NCBI GenBank assembly: GCA_965203095.1
Contig: OZ241877.1
Span: 32,001 to 96,000, forward strand
Length of the DNA: 64,000 nt
Origin: Bdellovibrionales bacterium
Lineage (GTDB): Bacteria; Bdellovibrionota; Bdellovibrionia; Bdellovibrionales; UBA1609
Direction: 5' to 3'
In this document: positions 1 to 10,653 of the stretch, in pieces
How the letters are laid out: each line of letters opens with the position of its first letter
How positions within the stretch are numbered: the first letter of the stretch is position 1
Position numbers and translations under genes: made by a program
Notes under the pieces: generated by a model
Databases searched by the model: none
The model's input: the letters and a program-made list of their open reading frames with translations, nothing else
What the model was told of the DNA's origin: nothing

Positions 1-166
1 TAGTCATTCCCGCTAAGCCAATCCAAGAAACCCAGCGAATAAGAGAACCCGCCCGGTGGGAAAAAAAATACCGGCGGAAAAAATAAAAAGACATAGCCTT
101 TTATCTATCACAAACTGGTTTTTGTTGACAACAATCCCACCATTAGAGATCATTACAGGATAAACA

Positions 167-2425
167 ATGTATGATAGCAAAAAAAGCCCCGCCTTTATCA
201 AAAAATGTTATGGAAAGGCCCAACAGAGGCTGGCATCTGTTCGAAAACTGTATCCTAAACCGCTCACTCTTACAGAAAAAATATGGATATCCCATCTGAG
301 CTTTCCTGAAAAGTTTTCGGAAAAAGAGGAGTTCCTGCAACTCTTGCCCGATCGGGTGATTATGCAGGATGTGACGGCCCAGATGGCCCTACTGCAATTT
401 ATGTTGGCGGGTAAAAACTCTGTGTCTGTCCGGACAAGTATTCACTGCGATCACCTGATTGTGGCTAAAGAAGGGGCCGAGAAAGACATAAAAAACTCTC
501 TCACTTCCAACAAAGAGGTTTTTGATTTTTTATCCTCCACAGCCAGCCTTTACAATATCGGTTTTTGGAAACCCGGAGCAGGGATCATTCATCAAGTGGT
601 TTTGGAAAATTATGCCTTCCCCGGTGCCCTTATTATTGGGACTGATTCCCACAGCCCCAACGCCGGAGGCTTAGGGACTTTAGCCGTAGGGGTGGGTGGG
701 GCAGACGCCGTAGATGTAATGGCGGGTTTTCCCTGGGAATTAAAAAAACCTCAGGTCATTGGGGTCCATTTAACAGGTGAGCTTTCCGGTTGGGCCTCTC
801 CTAAAGATGTTATTTTAAAGTTATTGGGGCTTTTGACTGTTAAAGGGGGGACAAACAAAGTTATTGAGTATTTTGGCGAAGGGGCCAAAAATATCAGTTG
901 CACAGGCAAGGCCACTATCACTAACATGGGAGCGGAGTTAGGGGCCACCAGCTCTATTTTTCCCTTCGATCTGAAAATGAAAAATTACCTCAAAGCCACT
1001 TTGAGAGAAGAGATAGCCCAGCTGGCACTTCAGTATTCTGCTAACTTAGAGGCGGATAAAGAAGTTTTAAAAGATCCGTCCCAATATTATGATGAGCTTA
1101 TAGAAATCTCTTTGTCCGATCTCAAACCTTATATCTCTGGCCCCCACAGCCCCGATCGGATCCGGACCCTAAAAGAACTCAAAACAGAGGCCAAAAAAGA
1201 AGAATGGCCTTTAAAACTCTCCTCAGCTCTAATTGGCTCTTGCACCAACTCCTCCTATCAGGATATGGGCCGGGCAGTGGATGTGGCCCGGCAGGCTCAT
1301 CTTAAGAATATAAAAATGCCTCAACCTTTTTTAGTGACTCCCGGATCCGACCTTGTAAAAAAGACTATTGAAAGAGATGGCTATATGAAAGATTTTGAAA
1401 AAGTAGGAGCTACAGTTTTAGCCAATGCCTGTGGGCCTTGTATTGGACAATGGAATCGCAATTTAAAAAAAGGCGAGACCAATGTCATATTGAACAGTTT
1501 TAATAGGAATTTTAAAGGTCGGAATGATGCCAACCCTAACACTTTGTCTTTTATAGCCAGTCCGGAAATAGTGATGGCTATCGGCCTCGCCGGCCGTTTG
1601 GATTTTGATCCTGAAACCGATGAGTTGGAGCAAAATGGCCATAAAGTCAAATTCCTCCCCCCTCAGGCTAAAGAACTGCCCACTCACTTTGTGGTGGAAA
1701 AAGGCAATGGATACATAGCCCCCACTGGTCGAGGGGAAATAAAAATCCGCCCTCATTCCCAAAGGCTTTCCCTCTTAAAAGCCTTCCCTCCTTGGGACGG
1801 AAAAGATTTGGAAAATCTTTTAATTTTGTGCAAGGCTGAGGGAAAGTGCACTACAGATCATATTTCCCCCGCGGGGTTTTGGCTGAAATATCGAGGGCAT
1901 TTGGATAAAATTTCTAACAATCTCCTTTTAGGGGCACGAAATAGCTGGACCGGAGAGATAGGGCGAGGGGAAAATATTTTTATAAAACAAAAAGCCCCTT
2001 TTGCTGAAATAGCGAGAGATTATAAAAAAAGAGGCCAAGGCTGGGTGATTATTGGGGGGAGCAATTATGGCGAAGGCAGTAGCCGGGAGCATGCGGCAAT
2101 GAGCCCCCGCCATCTCAACTGCCGAGCAGTTTTAGTCCAAAGTTTTGCCCGTATTCATGAAACCAATTTGAAAAAACAAGGTGTTTTGCCCCTCTGCTTT
2201 GTTGATCCCTCCGATGAAAATTTGTTTTTACCAGAGGATCGGCTCAGTATTACTGAGTTGGATAGGCTTGAGCCTCATAGCCAACACCCTGTTTTGATCC
2301 AGCATCGAGATGGGTCAAAAAAAACCATTTATGTAAAACACTCTATGAATGCGGAACAAATTGAATGGTTTAAAGCCGGATCTTCCCTTAAGGCTCTATC
2401 AAACAAAATATCTGCGGGGGGATAG
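167..2425 (+). CDS. acnA: Aconitate hydratase (mitochondrial-type aconitase)
   Basis: DRVIMQD, SIHCDH, GTDSHSPNAGG, IGSCTNSSY, NACGPCIGQW, TTDHISPAG and NYGEGSSREHAA motifs. Confidence 0.95.
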   Translation: MYDSKKSPAFIKKCYGKAQQRLASVRKLYPKPLTLTEKIWISHLSFPEKFSEKEEFLQLLPDRVIMQDVTAQMALLQFMLAGKNSVSVRTSIHCDHLIVAKEGAEKDIKNSLTSNKEVFDFLSSTASLYNIGFWKPGAGIIHQVVLENYAFPGALIIGTDSHSPNAGGLGTLAVGVGGADAVDVMAGFPWELKKPQVIGVHLTGELSGWASPKDVILKLLGLLTVKGGTNKVIEYFGEGAKNISCTGKATITNMGAELGATSSIFPFDLKMKNYLKATLREEIAQLALQYSANLEADKEVLKDPSQYYDELIEISLSDLKPYISGPHSPDRIRTLKELKTEAKKEEWPLKLSSALIGSCTNSSYQDMGRAVDVARQAHLKNIKMPQPFLVTPGSDLVKKTIERDGYMKDFEKVGATVLANACGPCIGQWNRNLKKGETNVILNSFNRNFKGRNDANPNTLSFIASPEIVMAIGLAGRLDFDPETDELEQNGHKVKFLPPQAKELPTHFVVEKGNGYIAPTGRGEIKIRPHSQRLSLLKAFPPWDGKDLENLLILCKAEGKCTTDHISPAGFWLKYRGHLDKISNNLLLGARNSWTGEIGRGENIFIKQKAPFAEIARDYKKRGQGWVIIGGSNYGEGSSREHAAMSPRHLNCRAVLVQSFARIHETNLKKQGVLPLCFVDPSDENLFLPEDRLSITELDRLEPHSQHPVLIQHRDGSKKTIYVKHSMNAEQIEWFKAGSSLKALSNKISAGG

Positions 2426-2509
2426 ACTAAAGCCCTGTCATGTTCATATTATGCCTGCTGATATGTTGAAAAGGCTTTCTTTCCTGCATAAAATAAAAGT
2501 TAAAGGGGC

Positions 2510-3754
2510 TTGTCCATGTTATTTTATTCATTCAATATTTTTTTAAAAAAACTTGTTTTTCTATTGCTTTTCATGACCCTCTTCTCCTGTATCCCCAACA
2601 TGAACATGGGGGGGGAGAATAGGGATAGAAAAGGCCCTATATCTCAAGTTGTAGAGGGGGATAGGCCAGAAAGAGAAGAGGGCAAAGGTTTTTCAGGTTC
2701 TTGCCCTTCAAACAAATTGTCCTCAAAAGAAATCTCTCTTAAAGATTTAGAATTTGTGGATTCTGAAAATGTGGGTGAGTATCTTCTCCAGGGCCGTTGC
2801 TCAACAAAAAAACACTTGGTTTATGTGACTGTCAATGGTCGCAAAACCACTGCTAATCCCAAGTGTGACAAAGGCCGGTGGAAAGTGACCTTAAACTTAA
2901 CTACTATTGTTCATGAAGAAGAGTATATGATCTTTCTCATAGAGCACAACCGGGAAGAAATTTGTAAAAAAGTGCGAGTGAGTTTTATAGGCCCTAAAAA
3001 CTATGTTCCCATACCTCCAGTGGATGACAACTACGAATCGAGTTTTTATGTGATGAAGTATGAGGCCAAAGTGGAGGAGAAGGAAGGGGCTTTAGCTAAA
3101 GCTATTTCTGTCCCAGAGGGTTTGCCGGCAACGGCAAGAAGAGTTTCACAGGGAGCGGCCCGTATTTTGTGCCAAAACAACGGGAGCCGGTTTGATTTGA
3201 TTCAAAACTCACAGTGGCAAAATATTGCCCGATCTATAGAAGATGTGGATGAAAATTGGTCCCAGGGCCAGGCCATTCCTTCAGACAATAACCTTTTAAA
3301 TTGTGGGGTGATCCGGGGTCGCCCTCGCTCCGCCTCAGCAGACGACAATGAGGACTGTGCCCTTGCCTCCTGTCAGGAGGGCTGGGATGAAAACAGAAGA
3401 ACACATCTTCTCCCTCACGGTGGAGGGCGGATATGGGATATATGTGGCAATGTGGGTGAAATGATGAAGGATAAGTATAGAAAAAACCACTCTTTTGATG
3501 ATTATATCTATCGCCTTTCCGATGAGTTAAAGGAGCTGTTTGGCCCTAAAAAAACTTATAAAACAGCTGGTTCTGGCCGAACCAGAAACACTTGGAATTT
3601 GGGCTATGCCGATGTTAAAAGGGGGAAAGACCTAATTGTTCGTGGAGTTCCGGGAAGAGACGCTGGGATATTCTCTGTAGATGTCTCTCAAAATCAGTCC
3701 AGCCGGCGAGGATACGCTATTGATGTGGGGTTCCGCTGTGTATATATTCCTTAA
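2510..3754 (+). CDS. Lipoprotein with C-terminal FGE-sulfatase/C-type-lectin-like domain
   Basis: Lipobox LFSC; FYVMKYEAK, IWDICGNVGE and terminal VGFRCVY motifs typical of SUMF1/FGE-like domains; start codon uncertain. Confidence 0.6.
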   Translation: MSMLFYSFNIFLKKLVFLLLFMTLFSCIPNMNMGGENRDRKGPISQVVEGDRPEREEGKGFSGSCPSNKLSSKEISLKDLEFVDSENVGEYLLQGRCSTKKHLVYVTVNGRKTTANPKCDKGRWKVTLNLTTIVHEEEYMIFLIEHNREEICKKVRVSFIGPKNYVPIPPVDDNYESSFYVMKYEAKVEEKEGALAKAISVPEGLPATARRVSQGAARILCQNNGSRFDLIQNSQWQNIARSIEDVDENWSQGQAIPSDNNLLNCGVIRGRPRSASADDNEDCALASCQEGWDENRRTHLLPHGGGRIWDICGNVGEMMKDKYRKNHSFDDYIYRLSDELKELFGPKKTYKTAGSGRTRNTWNLGYADVKRGKDLIVRGVPGRDAGIFSVDVSQNQSSRRGYAIDVGFRCVYIP

Positions 3755-4908
3755 GCTCCTGTTTTTTTTAATGAAATATCTTTACCGATAGCTAAGCTGG
3801 TTTTTCCCGATCCGTCATTGATATGGCTTAGGCCACTAAAATACATTTTGAGTTTTTCTGCAGAAGGGCTATTTTTAACAGCCTCCTCTTGGCTGATCTG
3901 TTTCTTGTTAACAAGCTCTATGAGATGCTGATTAAAAGACTGCATTCCCCAAACTTCCAGCCCCTCTTCAATAAGGCTGTCTAAAAGAGAAGTGCTTTTG
4001 TCCTCATCTTCTAAAAAAGAACGTACACGGGGGTTATTGATTAAAATTTCCACAGCGGGGATAAGTCCTTTTTTGTCTTTTCTCATCAATAATTTTTGGC
4101 ACAATATAACTCTTAAACTTGAGGCAAACTTCATACGAAAAAACTTCTTCTTATCCGACTTCACTAAAGCCAAAACCCGATGGATGGTATCAGAAACACT
4201 ATTAGTATGAAGGGTAGAAAAAACCAAATGTCCAGTGCTTGCGGCCGCTAAGGCGGTCTCCATAGATTCAAAATCCCTTATCTCTCCAAAAAAGATAATG
4301 TCTGGGTCTTGCCGCAATGTGGATTTGAGAGCCAGGTTGTAATTCAAATAATCCGATCCCAATTCTCTTTGGCTGACTATGCTCTTCCTGTCCTCAATTA
4401 AAAACTCAATAGGATCTTCAATGGTGATAATATGCCGGCTCAACCGTTGATTGACATCATTGAGCATGGAGGCAATTGTTGAAGATTTCCCATTCCCTGT
4501 GGATCCCGTCACAAGAATCAATCCATTTCTATAAGATCGTAAAATTTTAGGCACTTTTGAGGGCAAATTCAGCTCCTCATAAGTTGGCAATTTGAAGGGA
4601 ATATTTCGCACCACCACTCTTAAGGTTCCCCTTTGATAAAAAATATTGAATCGGAACCGGCCCACCCCCTTCACTCCATAAGAAAAATCCACTTGCCTCA
4701 TCTCCATTAAATTTTGCCGGCGATAGGCATTCAAAAAAGGTTCAATGGCCTGAGTAATGTCTTCATTAGTGAGATAAAATTGCTTTTTATAAAGGAGCAT
4801 CAGCTGGCCGTTTTTTCGAACTACAGGAGCTGTCCCCACCTTAAGGTGTAGGTCACTCAGCTGATGTTTGACCATCAATTCAAAACATTCTTGAATATTG
4901 AGCCTCAT
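3751..4908 (-). CDS. pilT: PilT/PilU family type IV pilus retraction ATPase
   Basis: SDLHLKVG, Walker A GSTGNGKS, TIEDPIE, LRQDPDII..GEIRD, TGHLVFSTLHTN, GMQSFNQ. Confidence 0.92.
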   Translation of the reverse strand: MRLNIQECFELMVKHQLSDLHLKVGTAPVVRKNGQLMLLYKKQFYLTNEDITQAIEPFLNAYRRQNLMEMRQVDFSYGVKGVGRFRFNIFYQRGTLRVVVRNIPFKLPTYEELNLPSKVPKILRSYRNGLILVTGSTGNGKSSTIASMLNDVNQRLSRHIITIEDPIEFLIEDRKSIVSQRELGSDYLNYNLALKSTLRQDPDIIFFGEIRDFESMETALAAASTGHLVFSTLHTNSVSDTIHRVLALVKSDKKKFFRMKFASSLRVILCQKLLMRKDKKGLIPAVEILINNPRVRSFLEDEDKSTSLLDSLIEEGLEVWGMQSFNQHLIELVNKKQISQEEAVKNSPSAEKLKMYFSGLSHINDGSGKTSLAIGKDISLKKTGA

Positions 4909-4915
4909 ATTAACT

Positions 4916-4943
4916 ATATCGGATAAAACTTAAGTAAATTTTA
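4916..4943 (-). promoter_or_regulatory. Putative sigma28 (FliA)-type promoter of pilT
   Basis: Minus strand TAAAATTT-N12-TCCGATAT, 7 nt before the ATG; consensus is TAAAGTTT-N11-GCCGATAA. Confidence 0.55.
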
Positions 4944-4944
4944 G

Positions 4945-5994
4945 TCAAAATCGGCTGTGGGCCAGCCTTTTGATTTCTTTTTGAATGTCGGAAACTTGAG
5001 GCACAGTGGCTGTTTCTAAATGGGGATGAAGCCCCACTCCGGGAATTTGTTTTCCCGCTAAAACTGCTGGTGGGGCCAAAAGATGAGAAAAAAGCTCCTG
5101 AACTGCTCGATAAGCCAAATGCTCCCCAAAATTGGCCACTTCTGTATCCTCATTCACAAAAAGCACTCGCCCTGTTTTTTGAATAGAGCTTTTAATCAAA
5201 GGCCAGTCATAAGGGTAAAGGCTGATCAAATCAATCAACTCCACACTGACATCCCCATCCTTAATAGCCTCTGCTGAAAGATGAAGGGACCGGCCAAAAC
5301 TCACTACTGTCAACTCCTCCCCTTCTTGAACAATTCGCCCCCGGCCAATAGGGACTTTATACTCTTTTAAAGAGGGCCAACGGGGCCGAAAGTTTTTTCT
5401 TTCCTCCCCTAAGGGGGCATCTATCATTTGCTTTAAAACTTTTTCGTCTTCTGGCTCGCCAGGGATCTTTTCTTTAGATTTTATTCTCAAAAGAGCCTTA
5501 GGCTTTAAATAAAAAACAGGATGGGGATCCAAAATGGCAGAGAGCAAAAGCCCATACGCGTCCACAGCATTAGATGGGGATACCACTTTCCAGCCAGGGA
5601 TCCTTACAGCCCAGGTATCAAAACTATGGCTATGGTAAATGGACCCGTGAATCCCGGCCCCATTAGGAGTCATTAAAACCAAAGGCAAAGGGAATTGCCC
5701 ATTACTGGCCCACAAATTATTGCCCGCAAGTTTTAACAAATCAATAGTGTTAAAAATATAATCCGCAAACTGAATTTCAGCAACGCATCTTTGCCCGGTC
5801 ATAGCTATTCCTATAGCCATTCCCACAATACCCCTTTCGTCTAAGGGCGTATTCCATGCCGTTTTGATCCCCTGAGTGGCTGTAAAAACTCCACCTAAGG
5901 GGGGACCTACATCTTGGCCAAACACATCCCTCAACTCCAGGTGCTCTTCCGCATAGTGAAGAGCCATCCTTATCCCCTGAACCATTGTGGCCAT
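4945..5994 (-). CDS. 2-oxoacid (branched-chain-type) dehydrogenase E1 beta subunit
   Basis: VFGQDVG..GGVF, NTPLDERGIVG, AEIQFADY, HSHS, transketolase C-terminal domain. Confidence 0.9.
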   Translation of the reverse strand: MATMVQGIRMALHYAEEHLELRDVFGQDVGPPLGGVFTATQGIKTAWNTPLDERGIVGMAIGIAMTGQRCVAEIQFADYIFNTIDLLKLAGNNLWASNGQFPLPLVLMTPNGAGIHGSIYHSHSFDTWAVRIPGWKVVSPSNAVDAYGLLLSAILDPHPVFYLKPKALLRIKSKEKIPGEPEDEKVLKQMIDAPLGEERKNFRPRWPSLKEYKVPIGRGRIVQEGEELTVVSFGRSLHLSAEAIKDGDVSVELIDLISLYPYDWPLIKSSIQKTGRVLFVNEDTEVANFGEHLAYRAVQELFSHLLAPPAVLAGKQIPGVGLHPHLETATVPQVSDIQKEIKRLAHSRF

Positions 5995-6009
5995 ATTTCT
6001 GTCCTTTTT

Positions 6010-7005
6010 TTAAAATTTTCGCCAGTTGGCCTCTTCATTCTGATAAATATACTGCCATATACTCTCTGGCTTGGGATCTCTCTCCTGCATGACTTCCTGT
6101 TGGGCCTTTTTGGCTTCCTCTTTATAGCCATCCCATACTTTTTTTATCTGTTCTGCATTTAAAATTTTTTCTTTTTTGAGACGGTTCTCAAACTGCTTAA
6201 TACAACAATCTTCGGGAACATAGTTGGCCCCAGAGGCTGAAGAATGGCCATACAGACGGGAAACTTTAGCCTCAATAAATACCGGTTTTCGCTTTTTTCG
6301 AATGCTCTGAATGGATTTTTCCAAAACCTGCCAACTCTCCACAGGATCATTCCCATCAATTGGATAGCTTTCTATTTGAAAAGCTCTGGCCCGATCAATG
6401 ATATTACAAGCATGTTGGCTGGAGTGGCTGGTGGAAATCCCCCACTGATTGTTTTGCACAGTGATAAGTAAAGGCAGTTCCTTTTTGGGGCGACTGGCCC
6501 ATATCAAACAAGTTGCAAAATCCCCTTCATGGGAACCTGCGTCCCCTCCCGTCACTACAGTGAGGCTATTATTGCCTTTTTCCCTTTTTTGAACATGAGC
6601 TGTCCCTATGGCCATAGAGTATTGCACTTCAATAGTTGAGCTTATAGGGGCCACATTCCATTGAGGAAGGCTGTAATGGTTGACAAAATTTCTCCCGCCG
6701 GAAGACTGATCTGTAGCTTTGTTCAACATAGTTCTGAAAGCCTCTTTCATACTCAGGCCCATAGCTATCAAAGTAGGCAAAGCCCTATAGTGAAGGTAAA
6801 GCCAGTCTTTATTTATCCCTTGCCCCTTATCTATTAAAAGACCTAAGGGAACAGAAAAAGCCTCCTCCCCCGGCCCTCCAATCCAAAAATAACCTAAGCC
6901 CTGCTTGTAAATATGAATAAGCCTCTCCTCTGTCACACGGGCTTTGACCATCAAATTATGAATTTGAATCCATCGCTCTTTAGGAAGAATGGAAATTTTT
7001 GACAT
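6010..7005 (-). CDS. 2-oxoacid dehydrogenase E1 alpha subunit (TPP-binding)
   Basis: GDAGSHEGDF...NNQWGIST TPP motif, DGNDP, RLYGHSS; adjacent to the beta subunit. Confidence 0.9.
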   Translation of the reverse strand: MSKISILPKERWIQIHNLMVKARVTEERLIHIYKQGLGYFWIGGPGEEAFSVPLGLLIDKGQGINKDWLYLHYRALPTLIAMGLSMKEAFRTMLNKATDQSSGGRNFVNHYSLPQWNVAPISSTIEVQYSMAIGTAHVQKREKGNNSLTVVTGGDAGSHEGDFATCLIWASRPKKELPLLITVQNNQWGISTSHSSQHACNIIDRARAFQIESYPIDGNDPVESWQVLEKSIQSIRKKRKPVFIEAKVSRLYGHSSASGANYVPEDCCIKQFENRLKKEKILNAEQIKKVWDGYKEEAKKAQQEVMQERDPKPESIWQYIYQNEEANWRKF

Positions 7006-7013
7006 AAAAATTT

Positions 7014-9122
7014 TTAAAAAGATTGGTTTTTAGCAGAGGATTGAGGAGTTCCTGCACTTTTTGAAAGCAAAGCCAGATCGACTGCAACATTTAAAGCCTC
7101 CTGAATATCAGGTCTGGCAAAATATTTCTTTTTATCATTTCCCCCTTCTTCATTTTCCAGTTCCTCTTCTTTTATCCAACTTTTGTCATCATCCTCGTTT
7201 ATGTCCTTCAGGGCTGTAGCAATAGTGATCACTTTTCGTTTTTCTTGTTCTTTTTTAAACTCCGATAACCTTTTTTTTATGCGATGGAATTTTTTGTTTT
7301 TTGAAACTCTTTTTTCAGAAAAATCTTTCAACTTTTTAATGACTTGCTGGTCCAAGGGCTTCCATCGGCCCGGCCCCCCCTTAGGAAATATGTCTTTTGC
7401 GGGGGACAGGAAGCTTTCAATAGTTTCTGCGGCTAAGGCATTATCCGTTTTCCTCTCTCCTAATTCCTCTATATTTAAAATACTGGGAAGAGGCACATCT
7501 GAGCGGACCCCCTCTTTTTGCGTGGATTTGCCACTGGGAATAAAATACAAGCCCACAGTGGTTTTTAAAGCACCAAAACCAGGGCGAAGTCGCTCTACCG
7601 ACTGAACACTGCCCTTGCCAAAAGTGTGCTCGCCACCCACAATTACCGCTCGCCTGTAATCTTGTAAAGTTCCAGAGACAATCTCAGATGCACTGGCACT
7701 CAAGCGATTGACCAGCACAACCAAAGGCCCGGCATAAAAAACCCGGCTGTCCCTATCTCTAAAAATTTGTGGGCGGGAACTGTTTTTTTCTGACTGCTTA
7801 ACCACATTGCCCTTGGAAAAGAAAAGCCCACTTAAGCCCACCGCCTCTTCTAAGGAACCTCCGCGATTAAAGGAGAGATCCAAAACTAAGGCCTGGATCC
7901 CTTGTTTTTTAGCTAAAATCAAAAGCTCTTTGACTTTGCGAGTCACCGACTTGCCCCAACCACCATCAGAACCATAAAAAGAGGGCACTTTTACCAATCC
8001 CACATTATAAGTTTCACCATTGTTTTTTACTTTGTGGTAGGAGATGGAGGCTTCTTCGTCTTTCAACTCCACCCGATCCCTTATGAGTTCCACTACAGAG
8101 ACTGTGTTTTTCCCGCTTTTTTCCGTCCGGGAAATTTTTAAAAAAACAGGAGTCCCCTTGGGCCCACGAATAATCGTCACAACATCTTCTATTCTCTCAC
8201 CAAAAATATTAACTAATTTTTCAGGACTTTGGCCCACAGCTAAAATTCTATCCTTAACTTTTATTTTTTGAGATCGAGCGGCCGCACCACTGGGGATGAG
8301 CTTTTCCACAACGGTATAGCCAGAACGGGAGCTTAAAGTCGCACCAATGCCCTCTAATTCCAAATTCATGTTGATTTGAAATTCCTCCCAATCCTCCTTA
8401 TCTAAATAGTTGGAGTGAGAATCTAAAGACTGGCTATAGGCATTAAGGTAACTAGAAAACCACTTCGATGGCTTGCAGGCTTTAAAGCTATTTTTGCTCC
8501 GGATCTTGCAATCCCTCAGCTCTTTTCGGCTGAGGCGAGGCTTCCAGGATAAAATCTGTTTTTGCTGATTGCTTAAGATATAAAAAACCTGCTGAACTGA
8601 TTTTTTTAAATCTTTCTCCATCAAAAAGATACGGGCAACATGGTATTGAATATAGCTTTTCATATTGTGATTGGCCTCAGTGACTGTTTTAGGATGAGGT
8701 TTTAAAGCCTTCAAATCATCATCCCGAATGTATTTTAATTTTCTTGTAAATAAAAAACTGTCATTTAAGATCTGGCTGGCAAAATGGATCCTCTCTTGAA
8801 CTCTCATAGAGTAAATATCATAGATATAGTAAAGGCCAGCACATCTTCGTTTTTTAATATCTAAAAAAAGCCTTTTGTTTTTTCTCTTAATGCTATCTAT
8901 GTCCGATTGTAAAAAATACATCTTTTCCCGATCCAAGGCTTTAATCAGTTGATCTAAAACCCGATCCCTTAATTCTGTTGTAAGCTTTTTATGAGAAATA
9001 TGGTTTTTCAAAAAGCGACCTTGTATGTAATGGAGTTGCCGGCAGGACAGCTCCTCCGCTTGAGTAAAAGGAGCACTTAAGAGCAGAAAAGCCACCAAAC
9101 TAAAAAAAGAAAAAAGCCTCAT
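7014..9122 (-). CDS. prc: Carboxy-terminal processing protease (S41, Prc/Tsp family)
   Basis: Signal peptide, LDSHSNY, PDZ GIGA, DLSFNRGG, SASASEIVSG, TFGKGSVQ. Confidence 0.9.
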   Translation of the reverse strand: MRLFSFFSLVAFLLLSAPFTQAEELSCRQLHYIQGRFLKNHISHKKLTTELRDRVLDQLIKALDREKMYFLQSDIDSIKRKNKRLFLDIKKRRCAGLYYIYDIYSMRVQERIHFASQILNDSFLFTRKLKYIRDDDLKALKPHPKTVTEANHNMKSYIQYHVARIFLMEKDLKKSVQQVFYILSNQQKQILSWKPRLSRKELRDCKIRSKNSFKACKPSKWFSSYLNAYSQSLDSHSNYLDKEDWEEFQINMNLELEGIGATLSSRSGYTVVEKLIPSGAAARSQKIKVKDRILAVGQSPEKLVNIFGERIEDVVTIIRGPKGTPVFLKISRTEKSGKNTVSVVELIRDRVELKDEEASISYHKVKNNGETYNVGLVKVPSFYGSDGGWGKSVTRKVKELLILAKKQGIQALVLDLSFNRGGSLEEAVGLSGLFFSKGNVVKQSEKNSSRPQIFRDRDSRVFYAGPLVVLVNRLSASASEIVSGTLQDYRRAVIVGGEHTFGKGSVQSVERLRPGFGALKTTVGLYFIPSGKSTQKEGVRSDVPLPSILNIEELGERKTDNALAAETIESFLSPAKDIFPKGGPGRWKPLDQQVIKKLKDFSEKRVSKNKKFHRIKKRLSEFKKEQEKRKVITIATALKDINEDDDKSWIKEEELENEEGGNDKKKYFARPDIQEALNVAVDLALLSKSAGTPQSSAKNQSF

Positions 9123-9263
9123 ATAAATCTCTATCGGTTTAATTCTTAATGGATAATAGCTTTATTTAAAGATTTTTTTCATAAAGTCAAGTTTTTGTCT
9201 AAAAGTAGGACTAAAAAACAGGTCTAAAATTCACTTCATTGGCCCATTTTTTATCTTTATTTT

Positions 9264-10505
9264 TCAGGAAGAGATTTGCTTTAAAATTTCTGATTTGCCC
9301 GCTGAGGGCTTTTGTATTTGAATCTCATAAGCCTCTTTTAGTAAGGGGGAAATTTTATGTCGAGGTAGCTGAGGAAGTCGCTCTAAAATATCAAAACCTT
9401 TGACGAGGGGGCTTGGAAGTCGCCCTCCCTTTTGGATCCTCTCATACCTCCTCAATGTCTGGTTTAAGCCCTCAAGGCAGAGATTTTGACTTTTTTGCCA
9501 AAAAAAACTCAGCTCAAACACCGGCCCTTTTTGCCCTTCGAGGGCCTTCAGCTTTTCTGATAACAGAGAATGAGAGGTCAGCATTTTAACGGCTTTTAAA
9601 TAAGAAAGAACCTTTTTTATATCAGAGGATTTAAGGCGGAGTTTTTTTAAAAAAATATGAGCCGATTCGGGCTGAGAATAAAAAAAGGGCAGGGCCAAAA
9701 TCGCCCAACAAAAGGCTTTTTCATGAAAAAAAGAAAAGTTTTTATCCCAAAAAACAAAGGGATCTTTAAAAAAGGGGCTTTTTTGTGGAAGGCCGGGGAA
9801 AAGGCTTTCAAAAAAGCCATACTGCTTTAAAAGGCTTAAAGCCGGCCCGATTCTCCCTTCAGAAAACAGGCTTTCCAGCTCACTTAAAATCCTCTCTTGA
9901 GAGAGTTTTTTTATTTTTTGTGCAAAAAGGGGGATGGCTTTTTTAGTGGCTTTATCTATGTGAAAAATCAGCTTATGGGCCAGCCTTAAGGCCCTAATGG
10001 CCCGGAGATGATCTTCCTCAAATCTTTTTTCCGGGGAGCCTACGGCTTTAAGCCTTTTTTCACGAAGATCTTTAAGGCCCCCCGTCTTATCAATAATAGA
10101 GTTTTGTTGAGGATCGTAAAATAAGGCATTTATAGTAAAATCCCGCCTTTGGGCGTCTTCCTCCATTGTGCCATAAGATATGGAATCTGGCCTTCTCCCA
10201 TCACTTGAGTGGGAATCTTTTCTAAAACTTGTGATTTCCACAAGCTTTCCCTTTTTAATAGGGACTAAAACCACTCCGTATTTAGCAAATTTCCCCTTGG
10301 CAGAGGGAAAAATTTTTAATAGCTCTTCTGGCTGGGCCGGACTGGCCAGGTCAATGTCTTTGACAGCTCGTCCTAAAAGAATATCCCGAACAGCTCCTCC
10401 TGCCAGAACAGTCGGAAAACCTTTTTGGCAAAGGTTTTGAATCAAAGCCTTTATTTCTGGCCAAAAAGCGATTTTTTGTAAGCGATTCTTAAATTCCTTC
10501 TCCAT
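9264..10505 (-). CDS. CCA tRNA nucleotidyltransferase / poly(A) polymerase family
   Basis: GGAVRD..LGR..KDID, RRDFTINAL, EDHLRAIRA; start placed at MEKEF (10505) because the longer ORF runs through a repeat element. Confidence 0.88.
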   Translation of the reverse strand: MEKEFKNRLQKIAFWPEIKALIQNLCQKGFPTVLAGGAVRDILLGRAVKDIDLASPAQPEELLKIFPSAKGKFAKYGVVLVPIKKGKLVEITSFRKDSHSSDGRRPDSISYGTMEEDAQRRDFTINALFYDPQQNSIIDKTGGLKDLREKRLKAVGSPEKRFEEDHLRAIRALRLAHKLIFHIDKATKKAIPLFAQKIKKLSQERILSELESLFSEGRIGPALSLLKQYGFFESLFPGLPQKSPFFKDPFVFWDKNFSFFHEKAFCWAILALPFFYSQPESAHIFLKKLRLKSSDIKKVLSYLKAVKMLTSHSLLSEKLKALEGQKGPVFELSFFWQKSQNLCLEGLNQTLRRYERIQKGGRLPSPLVKGFDILERLPQLPRHKISPLLKEAYEIQIQKPSAGKSEILKQISS

Positions 10506-10531
10506 AAAAAAACCTTTTTTAGAAGAATAAG

Positions 10532-10635
10532 TAGTCGTCCGTGAAAAAGCTGGAAGATTTTTTTGGCAAAGCTCGTCCCATTTTGTGGGAAAATATCTTG
10601 CCCCCTCCCTCACTGTCTGGTCTTTGAAAAAGCAA
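10532..10635. repeat. Degenerate copy of family-A MITE-like element
   Basis: Begins TAGTCGTCCGTGAAAAAGC, identical to the end of the 29852 copy; decayed core GTGGGAAAATATCTTGCCCC. Confidence 0.6.
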
Positions 10636-10653
10636 GGTGTTGGAACCCCGGGT

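Noticed and set aside
167..2425. Eukaryotic contamination suggested by mitochondrial-type aconitase and GSII
   Set aside because: Both families occur in bacteria; the genes are intronless, in bacterial context, with the same composition as their neighbours.
3600..3754. Complete diversity-generating retroelement
   Set aside because: No reverse transcriptase and no second copy of the putative variable region in the window.
7183..7605. Long antisense ORFs (e.g. 7183..7605, 10841..11227, 29075..29434, 47925..48311)
   Set aside because: Shadow frames of well-supported genes on the opposite strand, with no motifs of their own.
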